Of a stretch of 64,000 bases of DNA, positions 28,237 to 40,415 are shown piece after piece. The notes beneath the pieces are model-generated. The model did no database searches, was not told the origin of the DNA, and was given only the letters and a program-made list of their open reading frames with translations. This DNA comes from Selaginella moellendorffii (taxonomy: Eukaryota; Plantae; Lycopodiophyta): the NCBI RefSeq assembly GCF_000143415.4, contig NW_003314293.1:960062-1024061 (forward strand). Reading direction: 5' to 3'. Every line of letters starts with the position of its first letter. Positions within the stretch are counted from its first letter, which is position 1. The position numbers and the translations under genes were made by a program.

Positions 28237-29575
28237 CCTTCCCTCCCAGAGGATTGCTACTCAACAGCGCAGTAGACAGCAGATAAATATTCATGCTCAC
28301 AAAAAAGAAGCGTGAATAAGCTGCTCGTTTTGAGATGAGCATTGTGAGAAGAGTACCTGATCGCTGATACACTGCACCAACTTTTGACCATTGCTGGGAT
28401 TTTCGGCCATATTTGTAGGTCGGATTCGAAGCCTCCGCACCGAAGATCTCACGCTGCTGGGAGCAGAACGGGCCATGCGTGGAGATATCAAACACGTGCC
28501 ATGACCGTGGTCTCCTTGTTCCACTTCAGAATTTGTGATCTTAGCAGGCAAAGCTCCTCAACATGCTCTCCACGGGCTTCCCTCCGCGATTGCAGCCTTG
28601 CGCTCCCTCACTCCAGCCTTTGCCTTGGAAGCCGCCGATAAGACTGCACCACTTTCTGGCGGCTCTCGTCCTGCGCCAGCGCTTTGGCCAAGCTACTCTC
28701 GTGTTTCGCTCGAGTGGGGTGGCACAGGGACCAGCTCGATCGGTTTGTAGACTTCTTCCTTGGCTTCCATGGGAGGAAAGCTGGCGGCGCTTGTCCACAG
28801 GAGCTGACAGGTTCTCACGAGGATCTGTTCCATAGGTGGCAATGACGAGGAAGAGAAAACAGCATTTTCCACGACCGGTGATGATATGCTGGAGAAGTTC
28901 AAGGATTTCCCGAAGGGAGATGACTTACTCACTTGTGAAGGTTGGTTAGCTATTTTCTCTTTTAGTTTAACGAGTTTGTTTCTTTCATCTTTCCAGGAAC
29001 CTGATCCGGTGCTAGAAGTGCTCCGTTTCTTATTTGCTCGGACATATGGGCCGACTCCATTTGCAGGAGCAGCCAGAGACCCCACCAAGACAATTGGAAC
29101 TTCCGGCTTGTTCAGCAGACTAGCAAGCCTAAAGATGGATGTATTCTTTGGCTTCGTACGTCCAGTCTCAATATCCTCACAAACCGGCTGCTTCTGATCG
29201 CCCTGTTTGAAGTATCCCTTATCACTGGTAATTGTCTATAGTTTTCTCTTTATTCCAATGTTAACTTGTTTATACAGGAGGAAGAATCAACAACAGCTTC
29301 AGAGGACTCGGAATCAGAGCCAGAAACAGTGTGAGTCTGTGGTTTTTATCAGTAAAATGTGCATTTGAAAAGTTTTCTCTTAAACAAGGCCACTTCTGCT
29401 GAAGTGACTTGGTGAGGACAGCAATGACAATCACGACAGTGATACCAATGCTAGCTCCGAGCAGGAAACTGCCAGTTGTGACGGAGGATAGTCTTTTCGC
29501 AAACGAGGTTCCTCCTGAATCGGGTTCCTCAGCCGATCGAGTATTAAGCATCTCATCTTTACTTGTAGGCATGGC
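28237..29575 (-). repeat. Degenerate unknown gene fragment, duplicated at 36735-37510 and ~38230-38580
   Basis: Near-identical ORF translations in both places (MPAKITNSEVEQGDHGHG..., ...VAWPKRWRRTRAARKW...). Confidence 0.75.
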
Positions 29576-30899
29576 CGACATTTCATTATTTTTTTCTATA
29601 ATTTCAGGCAGTCATGCGTCAATTGAGTTCTTTGAGTTCTTCGGGGCAGCAGATCGAGCTCTTCAACTTTTTAGGTGCTTTCTAACAACTTTCTTCACTA
29701 ATTCATTGAGGCTTTGTTTTTCTTCAAATCGGGCATTTTGTCACAGTTTTCAATGTCACGTACATTCGCAGCTTCTGGGGCGATTTTCTTCGTGCTATCA
29801 AACACGAGATAAATAGAATAACGTGCTGCAAGTTTTTTCTCCTTGCAGATGTATTATGAATATCAAGGACATGCAGGACTTGGAGGTAGTTCACCACAAG
29901 TACTTGATCAATGCAGTCCATCAGTAAGCACCGAAGTAAAGCAAGACTTTTATGCCTTCGGCTGTCTTTGTGTGTGTTTCTTTGGAACACACAGGAGTGA
30001 AGTCATGCATGAACAACATAATGCAGTGCTTGCTCAACTTTTGCTCCTTGCTCAAGAACATTAGGAGCTGGGAGGATGGCATCCACAAACTATATTCAAG
30101 GGTAGGGAGTTTCGTTTTATCTCTTTTGAGTTATATTCTCATTATTTTACAGGTTCTAGAGCTGAGATCGTCATTTCACGAGAACGTCTGCCGCTTACAC
30201 AGATGCTACTTGAAATCCCAGGCCCAGCACCAGCTCTCTGACTTTTGGACGGCTCTAGATTACAATGGCTATTTCATCAACAAGTTGAGGGACCATTATG
30301 CAGAAGAAATCCTCAATATGAATCCGAGAGTGATTTTGATTTATGCGTCCCAGTAGGCTTTGTAGGATTTTCTTTGTAATTAGCTTCAAACGAGCAGGCA
30401 CAAAATCACAATTGAAATACAATGATTTTTCGAGTCTTGGTTTTCAAGGGTGGAGGTATCCAGCGTGGCCCATGGTACCATGCCGTTTGCCACGACCATT
30501 CTAAATTCCTAACCACGCACTAACAAGTATTCCATTGCCACTGAGTATCGACATAATCTCCATTTTTTTTTTGCGTTCACGAACTACTCTTCAAACTCCG
30601 GCTGTCACCTTTGCGGTTGCATCGTTGAGATTGTAAGCCACAACAGGGACGCATTCTTTTCTAAAGGAGTCGTTGACAATCATAACGCCAATCTCTTCCG
30701 CCTTTTGAAGCAGTGGGTGATCCAGCATCTCCTGCTCCAGCTTCAAGCCCTGCTCCACAACAAACAAAGTGGTTCTCAGCAGTAGATTTCTCTTTCGCGA
30801 TCCTTCATTAACATCAAAGCTCTGAGTAGATGTTTGCCACTGACACATAAAACGCTGCTTTCTTCTCGTCTTTCTCAATGGTATGCCTTGCCACACTCA

Positions 30900-32450
30900 A
30901 GCCAGCATGACCATGAGCTTGACACCCGCAAGCTGAAAGAAAGCACATCCAATCCACTCCATCAGCAACGAAAGGATGCTCTCAATTAGCTCCATTGCCA
31001 CATCCAAATGCTGAGCTCTTGAAAGTATCAACCATGCAGCAATAATGCTACTTCAAAGGTTGGATTCCATAGTCGATAACCATGCTTCTAAAGTTCTGGA
31101 TCCCCTGGCGAACCATCTTGGCTGCTGGCAATGAGGACCATGACAAAGCAAGCCTCATCCGGAAGGATTGTTGATTGCATCTCATTGAAAACCTTCTTCA
31201 CCACTGCTGGTTGTCCACTTTCCACAAAACCAGCTAGAATGGTATTCCACGAGATGATATTGCGGCTGGGCATGGAGTGAAAGATTCTCTTGGCATCTGA
31301 AAGATGTCCGTTTTGAGTATAGCATTCCAAGTTGCTTCGTCTCTCTGGGGCATATTGTCGAAGATGACGAGTGCTTGATCTAGATAGCCATGCTGGGCCT
31401 ATGCCGAAAGCATCGTGTTAGTCGATACCATGTTCCATTCTGGGAAGCTCTCATAGAATCTCTTCGCTTCGACAATTTGTCCATTTTGAGCATATGCCGA
31501 GAGCATCACAGCCATTGCAATGAGATCCCTTTGGCCCATTTGGTCATAAACAACAAATCAAACACACGCTTGGCATCTTCCACATGACCGTATTGTGCCA
31601 ATGCTGCGAGAAAGGAGGTCCACATAACCAAATCCCTCTCAGGCATGTAACTTTCTACAAAGCTAAAAGCTTGATCAAAATGCCCGTTTTGGGCATACGT
31701 AAGGACCATCACATTACAAGCAATAAGATTTCTGTACGGCATTCTTTTAAACAAATTCTTCGTTTTTTGATAAAATTGTGTTTAGCATAAGAAGAAAGCC
31801 CAGAAACCCACAAATTAAAAGAATGCTGTTCCTCCAGCATAATTTCAGCTTCTTCAAAATACCCAGTTTGGGTCTATGCAGAAAGTATAGTTGTCCACGA
31901 GATAAAGACTCCCAAAGGCATTTGTAGAAAGGTCTCGGTGGCAAAATCAATTTCCCGGTCAGTGCGTACAGTGCTAACATAACGTTCCAAGAAATAATAT
32001 TTTTATCCGGCATATTTGCAAACACAGCCCTTGCATACTCTAGATGCCCAGAACGGGTATATGCAGTTAGCATCGCATTCCATGCAACTAGATTCCACGC
32101 AGGCATGGCATCAAAGAGGGATTTAGTGCGATTGAGTTGTCCAGCGTGCGCATAAGGAGAGAGAATTAGCACGAAGGAAATAGATTCTTGCGTTGCAATT
32201 CCTCGAAAGTCTTTGTCACGTCGTCCAGGCCCCCCAGTTTTGTGTACATTGCAATCAGCCTGTTGTGTATTGCCCGGGAGGAGGTTAGAATGCGAGTGTC
32301 GATTCTTCTGGCAGCAAAGAGGTGCAAGTATCAATGAGATCCAGGGATTGAGCTCAAGCTTATCGCAAATAGACCAGGATACAGTGGACCTTTTGTGTGT
32401 GATTCTTTCTTTTGCGAGGCTAGACGCCTCTTGTTAAATCTTGTTATCTT
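30900..32450 (-). pseudogene. PLS-class pentatricopeptide repeat (PPR) pseudogene
   Basis: Typical motifs FDAMPAWNLVAWNAMLTAYTRSGHLEYARAVFANMPDKNIISWN, YAQNGHFDQA and MPSRNIISWNTILAGF...PDEACFVMVLIA, split over several frames by frameshifts and stops. Confidence 0.9.
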
Positions 32451-33315
32451 TTGCCGTGTTGAAGCCTGCGTGGCAGAAGAAACAAAAACACAGCAGGGGC
32501 CAGGCTCGTACGTGGGAAGTCGCACTCGCTGGCCCAAAGTATTGGCAGTGTAAAACTTTTGGCTCCCGGCCCTGGATCGCAGCTCTTGGCAGGTGGCCCT
32601 CTTTGCAGGGGCATTTAAATAAAATACATGATCACATGCATTACAAAGGTGCTATGCTGTGCAGATTCCATTGTATTGCACCTAGGTGAGAATTTAATGA
32701 GTTACAAAAGAAACAAACAAAAATTACTTCAGAGAAGGGTCAGGTTAGGCCTTATTTGACTAATAGTGTTTAAAAGCATTTTAGAATGTTTTTCAAGTGA
32801 TTTTACTGAATAGTTAGCTGAACAATAATTTGTGTTCTTGATGGTAAATGATGGTAAATAATTTATGGGTTACAATGACAATTGTCCGGTTCACCATAAT
32901 CCTGTTCAAAGCATCCTGGATAAAGAGATTTTGAGTGTTAGTGAAATTGCACTCAATTTTTAATGAGCTTTGATTAAAATTCATGGTTGGCCACTAGCAA
33001 CAAGGCCTCCCTGACCAATTTCATATAACCAGCTCTCCCATTGATTTCCTCCAAATCTTTACTGTCATTTAGCACAAATTCTCATCCCACAACTCCCAAA
33101 AAATATCCATGCATCTTCAAAACAAAAACACAACTTTAACTCTTTTAACACTATCCAAACTTCTAGGGTTTAGAGGAAGGAAATGTATATTTCTTTTAGC
33201 AACCACATCAATCAAAACACAACTTCAAACTATTTCTAGGATTTGGGCATGTGTACCTGGGTGGGGGGGAGCTTGACAAAACAACTGACCGGATTACCTG
33301 TTTATAGTTATCAAT

Positions 33316-36108
33316 TTATACATCCAACTCCATGCCGTCCTCATCACCCCAGTAGTCTTCCAGTTCAGTAAAGGCTACATCGAAATCTCTTTTCCTCCTA
33401 GGCCTGTCCTTGAACGAGCGATGCAAGTCCAATGCCAGCACTTTATCAACTGCACGTGCCAAGGACTCCGGCTCTCCAACTTTGAATCCCTTGTACACGT
33501 TCAGAAAGTTTACCAAACTGTCAAAACAAGTTAGCAACAATCACAGTACACAGATGAAGACCACTTACTCCTGAGAAAACAATTGTTTTGCGTTGCCAGC
33601 ATGAATGATGATCTTGAGCTGGGGACCAACACCGCCTGCAGCAGGAATCACCTCAACAGCAGGAGGCATACGCTCCTTCTTGAAGACTGCTGGATACACT
33701 ACCATCAACCTGATAATGCCATTCTTCCACCAGCGGTTACCAACCTCCTCCTTGAACTCTGCCCTCAGTTTCGCTGCCTTGCGAGACCTGAATATGAACT
33801 CAGGGTTCGTCGTCGACACGCCCTGCTCGAACTTCTTTTTGTCAAGAAAGTTCAGGAGTCTGAACTGTGCAAAGAGGATCAGCTCCTTGTTGTCTTCCGT
33901 CTTCAGTGGGATCACCAGATCTGGACCTGCTAGGAATTCCGGGTGGAGAACCTTTGCTGTTCCCATCCCACCAGCGAGATAGCTCGTCATTCCCTTGGTA
34001 CTACACACCAGTCGAAGGCTGTCTGCTGACCACAACCTCAGCTGCTGGCAGAAGATGTCTGGTAAAGCAGTTGCGCCCTCAAAGATAGGATGATTACTGA
34101 ACTTGCCAGCCGAAAGAAAACTGCAAAGAGCATCTGCTGCAGCTATCTCGAGGTTGAATCCTGCCGATGGTGAATTGAGACGATTCATTATGTGAAGAGG
34201 GGCGTTGTCCTCACGGAAATAGTACTCAAGCGCTTCCAACACGAGTGGTTCCTCGATCGTTCCTTCCAGCCCGAACTCTCCCTTATCCACATCAACAGCA
34301 TCCAAATAAGCTAGCCCATGGTGAATCAGCTCGACTTCCTCTTTCCTGGTGCAGTAGTACTTTCCAACATATTGGCTTGTCATACATATCATCCGGCACA
34401 ATTGGATCAGCTCCACGTTGTGAATCCGTGGCTGGACCTGGATGCGCTTCAAAACCGTGACGTAAGATCCTTCCGAGTCCTCCTTCGTGAGCATCGATCG
34501 GACACTCTTAAGCGACTCATTGAGAGAGCGTTGCTTTTCCAGAAAATCCTCAAGAACCCGAGCCAGTGGTCTGTATCTCCCTACGAACCTCTGGAGCAAC
34601 TCTTCATCAACAGTGTCATCGACAGCAACAAAATTCTTCATGTACTTGTACATGTCACCCGTGTCTCGAAACTTGCCGAAGGAACAGAAAGCAGGACCCC
34701 GTAACAGCTGTTTGGCAATTGCCGGCGAGAAAACCTCCGTTTCCTTGTATCCGGCCAAACAAGTAGCCGAGAGCAGCAGCTTGGCAGTTACACCTCTGGA
34801 AGGCCGGCTAAGTGCCTCATACACTTGATGGAACGAACTCCTCGTCCCAGTCCCTCCGCCAAAAGGCTTAAACTGATCTTTGTGCAACTCGAAGAGCGCC
34901 TGCGCTTCATCCAACACAACGACTACATCAGTAGCCATCCCTATAACCTGCTGCCACTGCTCATTGATCTCTTCCTCTAAGGTTTCCTGCCTCCTCACTA
35001 CACCTAGAGCTTCCAACTTGACGAGCAAAGACCCCGTTAAATCCCTGCAAATATCCACCTGCACAAACTGACTTCCCAGAAGCTGGAGTAGCAACCATTC
35101 CCGTGCCGAGAACTTCACCTCAAGACAACGCTTAAGTAGAAATAACCGAGCTAAAACTGAAGCTCGTACTACCGACTGAGCTAGAGCAGCTCGAACGTCA
35201 TATGCCACGCCTTCCAGAACCAAGCTGCGCAATAATGTTAAGTCCTCAAACCCAAAGTTACCCTGCATGTCAGCTACGAAGTAAAGCCCAATTCTCGAAC
35301 AGAGAAGCTCCAGCAACGTCCTTGTTTTCCCTGAACCCGATGTGCCCACCACAGAAACCACCGGACCTTTACTGTCTAGCATCTTGCCCAGATCACCAGA
35401 CTGCGTCAGAAAGCTTGTTCCCAAGCCCGCTAAAAGTAGGCTGGGCTTCCCCTTCACTGTGGGCACAGCTCCAAGCTGCTTGATAGACTCCCGGGCCTTT
35501 TGGATAAAAGCGTCTACGCGGGGGAGAGCCTCGATTAATACTTCACCAGCAGTTGGAATTTCTTGAGCTGCACAAGACAAAAGCACAAGCTTAGAACGGA
35601 GAAAAAAAAACGGCAGAAAAAAAGTGAGTTTTTAAGCAATGTCTTCCAAACGTCTCCTCGGTTTCGAGCTGTGGCAGACTTAGAGCTATGGGATCAATGG
35701 CGCAAGCTTTGGATGGGGCAAACAAGGGATAAAATGCAAAAGGATGGAAGTGCACCTCGAGTGGCTTTTTCGATTCGAGATGGCAACGAAACAAAGCTCG
35801 ACATTTGGGGCTTTTGCGGCAGATATGAAAAGCAGCTGATTGGGGCTTTTGCAGGGCAAGGCTAGGAGTGTGCATCAAATCTCTCAGATCGCGCATAGCA
35901 TGTACTTACCATTAGATTTGAGCAGGACAAGCTCCTTCTTCCGCAGCTGCTCCTCCTTCTTCCGCAGTTGCCACTTCTCCTCCCACAGATGCCTTTTCTC
36001 TTCAGGATCTTTCTCGCTTTTCAGTTGTTCTTTCAATTCTTCGATTTCAGTGCCCACAGCCAGGATGGAATATTCAAGCTCATCCATAACTGCAAAAAAG
36101 GACGCCAT
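33316..36108 (-). CDS. Crinkler/RHS (CR)-like protein: N-terminal coiled coil, P-loop NTPase, C-terminal PD-(D/E)xK restriction-endonuclease fold. Exons 36108-35910, 35567-33569, 33517-33316 (799 aa)
   Basis: GT-AG introns 35909-35568 and 33568-33518 join three ORFs in frame (2400 nt). Walker A VVGTSGSGKT, Walker B VVVVLDEAQ, nuclease-like PEFLAGPDLVIPL...LFAQFR. Confidence 0.8.
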
Positions 36109-36482
36109 CCTTCCCCTGCCCAAGAACCCTAAAATTGGGAATTTCTAGGGTTCCTCTATGAAAAGTGTTGTGAACCTAAATGGTCAATTTAATTATATCC
36201 CCAATGTCATATAATTGTATTAAATAAAAAAACTGAAAAAAATTTTTTCATAAACTTTCTAGTGGTTGGAGCGGAGAGGATTAGGATATATTAGTATTTA
36301 ACATCAAATCGTTGTATATGTGGGCAGTGCGTTGGCTTGCTTATACTTCCTTCAAGCTTGTAGGCCAGAACAACTCTCATGTACGAGGGCAGGATGTGAG
36401 ATTCCATAGTCGGGCAAGGAAGAACTAACAGGACGAAAAGTGGCAGTCCTTGTCTGAGGTTCTTGAATCAGGCCACACTGAG

Positions 36483-38580
36483 GAGCTTCAGGCTCTCATG
36501 AGGATTTGTTCCATAGGTGGTCATGACGAGGAAGAGAAAGCAGCATTTACCACTACTGGCAATGAAATGCTGGAGAAGCTCCAAAGGGAGCTGACTTGTT
36601 GTCCGTAAGGTTCACTTCTCTTTTCTTGCTTTGATTTCTCTTTCATTTAACTCATATTTTGGAACTGCGCTGATCTAAAGCCACATGGAGAGTTTATTCT
36701 GGAGCAAGCATCAAGGCCATGGCGATCTCAGCCAGCCTTCCCTCCCAGAGGATTGCTACTCAACAGCGCAGTAGACAGCAGATAAATATTCATGCTCACA
36801 AAAAAGAAGCGTGAACTTTTGACCATTGCTGGGATTTTCGGCCATATTTGTAGGTCGGATTCGAGGCCTCTGCACCGAAGATCTCACGCTGCTGGGAGCA
36901 GCGTGGGCCATCCGTGGAGATATCAAACACGTGCCATGACCGTGGTCTCCTTGTTCCACTTCAGAATTTGTGATCTTAGCAGGCAAAGCTCCTCAACATG
37001 CTCTCCAGGGACTTCCCTCCGCAATAGCAGCCTTGCGCTCCCTCGCTCCAGCCTTTGCCTTGGAAGCCGCCGATAAGACTGCACCACTTTCTGGCGGCTC
37101 TCGTCCTGCGCCAGCGCTTTGGCCAAGCTACACTCGTGTTTCGCTCGAGTGGGGTGGCACAGGGACCAGCTTGATCGGTTTGTAGACTTCTTCCTTGGCT
37201 TCCACAGGAGGAAAGCTGGCGGCACTTGTTCACAGGAGCTGACAGGTTCTCACAAGGACCTGTTCCATAGGTGGCAATGACGAGGAAAAGAAAACAGCAT
37301 TTTCCACGACCGGTGATGATATGCTGAAGAAGTTCAAGGATTTCCCAAAGGGAGATAGCTTACTCACTTGTGAAGGTTGGTTAGCTATTTTCTCTTTTAT
37401 TTTAACGAGTTTGTTTCTTTCATCTTTCTAGGAACCTGATCCAGTGCTAGAAGTGCTCTATTTCATATTTGCTCAGACATATGGGCTGACTTTATTTGCA
37501 GGAGCAGCCAGTGTTATGATCCGGCACAAAAAAGACAGACATCTAGTCGCCCTAAACTATGCTACGCCACCTCTTGAGGGTGCAGCTTCAGGCTCTCACG
37601 AGGATTTGTTCCATAGGTGGTCATGACGAGGAAGAGAAAGCAGCATTTACCACTACCGGCAATGAAATGCTGGAGAAGCTCCAAAGGGAGCTGACTTGTT
37701 GTCCGTAAGGTTCACTTCTCTTGCTTTGATTTCTCTTTCATTTAACTCATATTTCGGAACTGCACTGATCTAAAGCCACATGGAGAGTTTATTCTGGAGC
37801 AAGCATCAAGGCCATGGCGATCTCAGCCAGCCATGAAAAGTAGTTTGAAGGTCTGGATTTCGTTTCATCAGGTCTCAGACTTCTGTGTGATCTTTCCATC
37901 CTCTAGGTCCGGACTGGCGTCAATACTCCTGTTTCCTATATATCATCCCAAATACTGCATATGGAAGTGCTAAAGCGTCCAGAGATGCATGAGTTTGCCC
38001 AGGCCTTGAGCCCTGCGTTTCAATCTCCATGCCGAGTGACGAGACAGACATGGAGGGCAGGTCTCTTGTTTCTTATCTGTGGCCTTTGACAGGAAGGGCC
38101 TCAGGCAAGTTTTCAAGCAGAGGCCGCATCGAGCGGAGACAATTGCAGAGAACTACCGTAAAGTCTTTCAGTGACAAGTATCCCATACAATTGGTAGGCG
38201 TTTTTACTTTTCCAAACTTATCGTGTTTCATACAGGAGGAAGAATGGACAACAGCTTCAGAGGACTCGGAAGCAGAGCCAGAAAAACGTGAGTCTTTGTG
38301 GTTTTATATCAGTAAACTGTGCATTGAGAACTACTGATGAAACGGCCACTTCTGCTGAACTGGACTCTCCGAGACTTTTTGAGGACAGCGATGACAATCA
38401 TGACAATGATACTGGTCCTAGCTTTGAGCAAGGAACTGCAAGTTGTGACGAGAGCTTTTAACAACCACACAAGCAGGACTGTCTTTTGGCAAACAAAGTT
38501 TTCCTGACCTGAATCTGGTTCCTCAGCCGTGTTTTTTATCAATAGCCTCATAGGCTGCCAGCATCTCATCCTTACTTACG
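36483..38580 (-). repeat. Mosaic of duplicated gene fragments: 36483-36735 = 37583-37832; 36735-37510 = 28237-29075; 38230-38580 ~ 29270-29575
   Basis: Direct sequence repeats read by eye. Confidence 0.75.
37512..37579 (-). mobile_element. 68-bp terminal fragment of the family-F Gypsy LTR
   Basis: TGTTATGATCCGGCACAAAAAAGACAGACATCTAGTCGCCCTA...CCACCTCTTGAGG matches the starts of the LTRs at 46059 and 50830. Confidence 0.85.
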
Positions 38581-39154
38581 GCACAAGGTGCTGGACTTCC
38601 AAGAAATCCAATTTATGCTTGCGGTGAAGGGAATATCACCCAGTACATCTCCATGCGCTTTACGAATACTGCTGATGGCTGGGATATAAGACCTAAGATT
38701 CCCAATCAATCATTGTTTCAACGGTTGAAACAATGGGGCAGAGTTATTCACCTAAGTTCTTTGTTTTGAAGGAGTGGTTTTCACTTATGGATGTTTCCTC
38801 TGGCCCTTGGACACTGATGGCAGAGTGGACAGAGATTGAGCACACCTGGCATAGTAGGGATAGTGAGGTCTAGGAACCAGTCTTGAACGAACTCTCCAAT
38901 GGTGCTTCTAAACTAACTTGAGGTTGAGACTGAGGTCGAGGGGCCTTAGGTGGGAGTGAGCATGGACTCGGGTGGTGCCAAAGGGGCCACCAAAGGAATT
39001 GCTCAAGAGCAGCTCCCACTCCCGAAAGGGAAATTGACTGTGGTGCTCCCGGCTCATGTGGAGTGGTGCCCCACTTGAGTACCTTGTGGCTCATTGGTCC
39101 TTGCCCTTCCTAGGGGCTTGGGCCTTCCCTTCGGGATGGAGGTGGGGGGGGATT

Positions 39155-39247
39155 GGACTTGGGCTTGGGCTCGGTCTCGGCCTTGGCCTGGGTCTCGGTC
39201 TCGGCCTCGGCCTGGGTCTCGGTCTTAGTCCCAGTCTCGGTCTCGGT
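39155..39247. repeat. Degenerate hexamer microsatellite (GGYCTB)n, ~15 units
   Basis: ggactt gggctt gggctc ggtctc ggcctt ... Translates as (GL)n on + and (RP)n on -. Confidence 0.9.
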
Positions 39248-40415
39248 ACCCATACTGGGCCGTTATGCCACGATGTTTCGCCCCAATGTCCCGAAGCAAG
39301 TGTTGCACGCAAGGCTTGGGATTTAGAGGGTCCCATGATCAAGTCTTGTTGTACCAAGGGATGTTAGGAACCTGGAGGCTTGGTGTGCTTGGCTGCTTGT
39401 GCTTGCGGGGAGTGTAGCCAAACCTTAAGTTTAGTCTAACCCGGGGAGGGGGATTGGGAGAGATTTGGGAATCCATGGATGGATGGCTAACGCTCCGTTG
39501 CTCATGCAGTGAGTAGCTAAAACTAAGTAGGACCAAGTAGGAGCTGGTACAATAGGCGGGAACCTTGGCAAGGGAACTTAGCACAAGCCAAGGCAATGTT
39601 GGTCGGATAGACGAGGTAAGCTAGCAAATTGGAAAGGAAAAATTTATGGCTTACAACAGGCTATTGGACCCCAGTGGAGCCAGTTTGGCCAAGAAAGGCC
39701 AGTATGACCCAGGAAGGCTATGCCCATATACTAAGTGATGATATATCCACTAAGGAGTTCAAAACTAAATTGAATATGGACAGATAAATAAGGTAGCTTG
39801 GTGAAATGTTCAAGAGCTGACTCTAGTTCCCTCGGGAGATCAAATGGTCAATGCTCCCAATCCAAGCATGGGTGGCATACCTACTTGGATACTTGGCATG
39901 GCTCAATGAAACCTCGCTTTAGCCCCATACCTAGAGCACCCGAAGGTGGAAGTTGGGGAGAGTACTCATGAGGTTCGCATAAGGCCACGATGCTCTGAAA
40001 TGTTATCCCAAAGTCCTAGACTGTGGAAAAGAAGAGGGGCAGTCCTCTAGTGTAGTGACTAAGGATACTGTCATATGGTGAGGAAGTCTCAAAGGACAGT
40101 GGAATTTAATGGTCAGGCCAATAGGCTTTGACCTAGTGGCAATATTGGCAAACATGGCCATGGACCGAAAGGGACTTGATAGAGGCTAAAAAAGGGTTAT
40201 TGGGGAAGGTTGTTCTTCATGTCTGCGGGCATCCTAAAGATGCTAATGAGTGGATATAGGATGACCACTCATGAATGGATGACCTAGTTTTTGAGAGATA
40301 GGATTGTGATGCAAGTGGTTTTGGACCACTAGTGTGGCAAAAGTGAATGAACATGGCCTTAGCATAACGAGCTGATATGTCGGTGGTAGCTTTGGGTGTC
40401 AGTCATGGGATCAGA

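Noticed and set aside
29840-30356. Plus-strand two-exon gene fragment
   Set aside because: Splice-like signals are present, but there are in-frame stops and no recognisable domain.
35591-35896. Extra exon of the Crinkler-like gene
   Set aside because: In the required phase it hits a stop; a single 342-bp intron gives a clean in-frame join.
39056-39367. (GL)n / (RP)n repeat protein
   Set aside because: Produced by a hexamer microsatellite; no other coding support.
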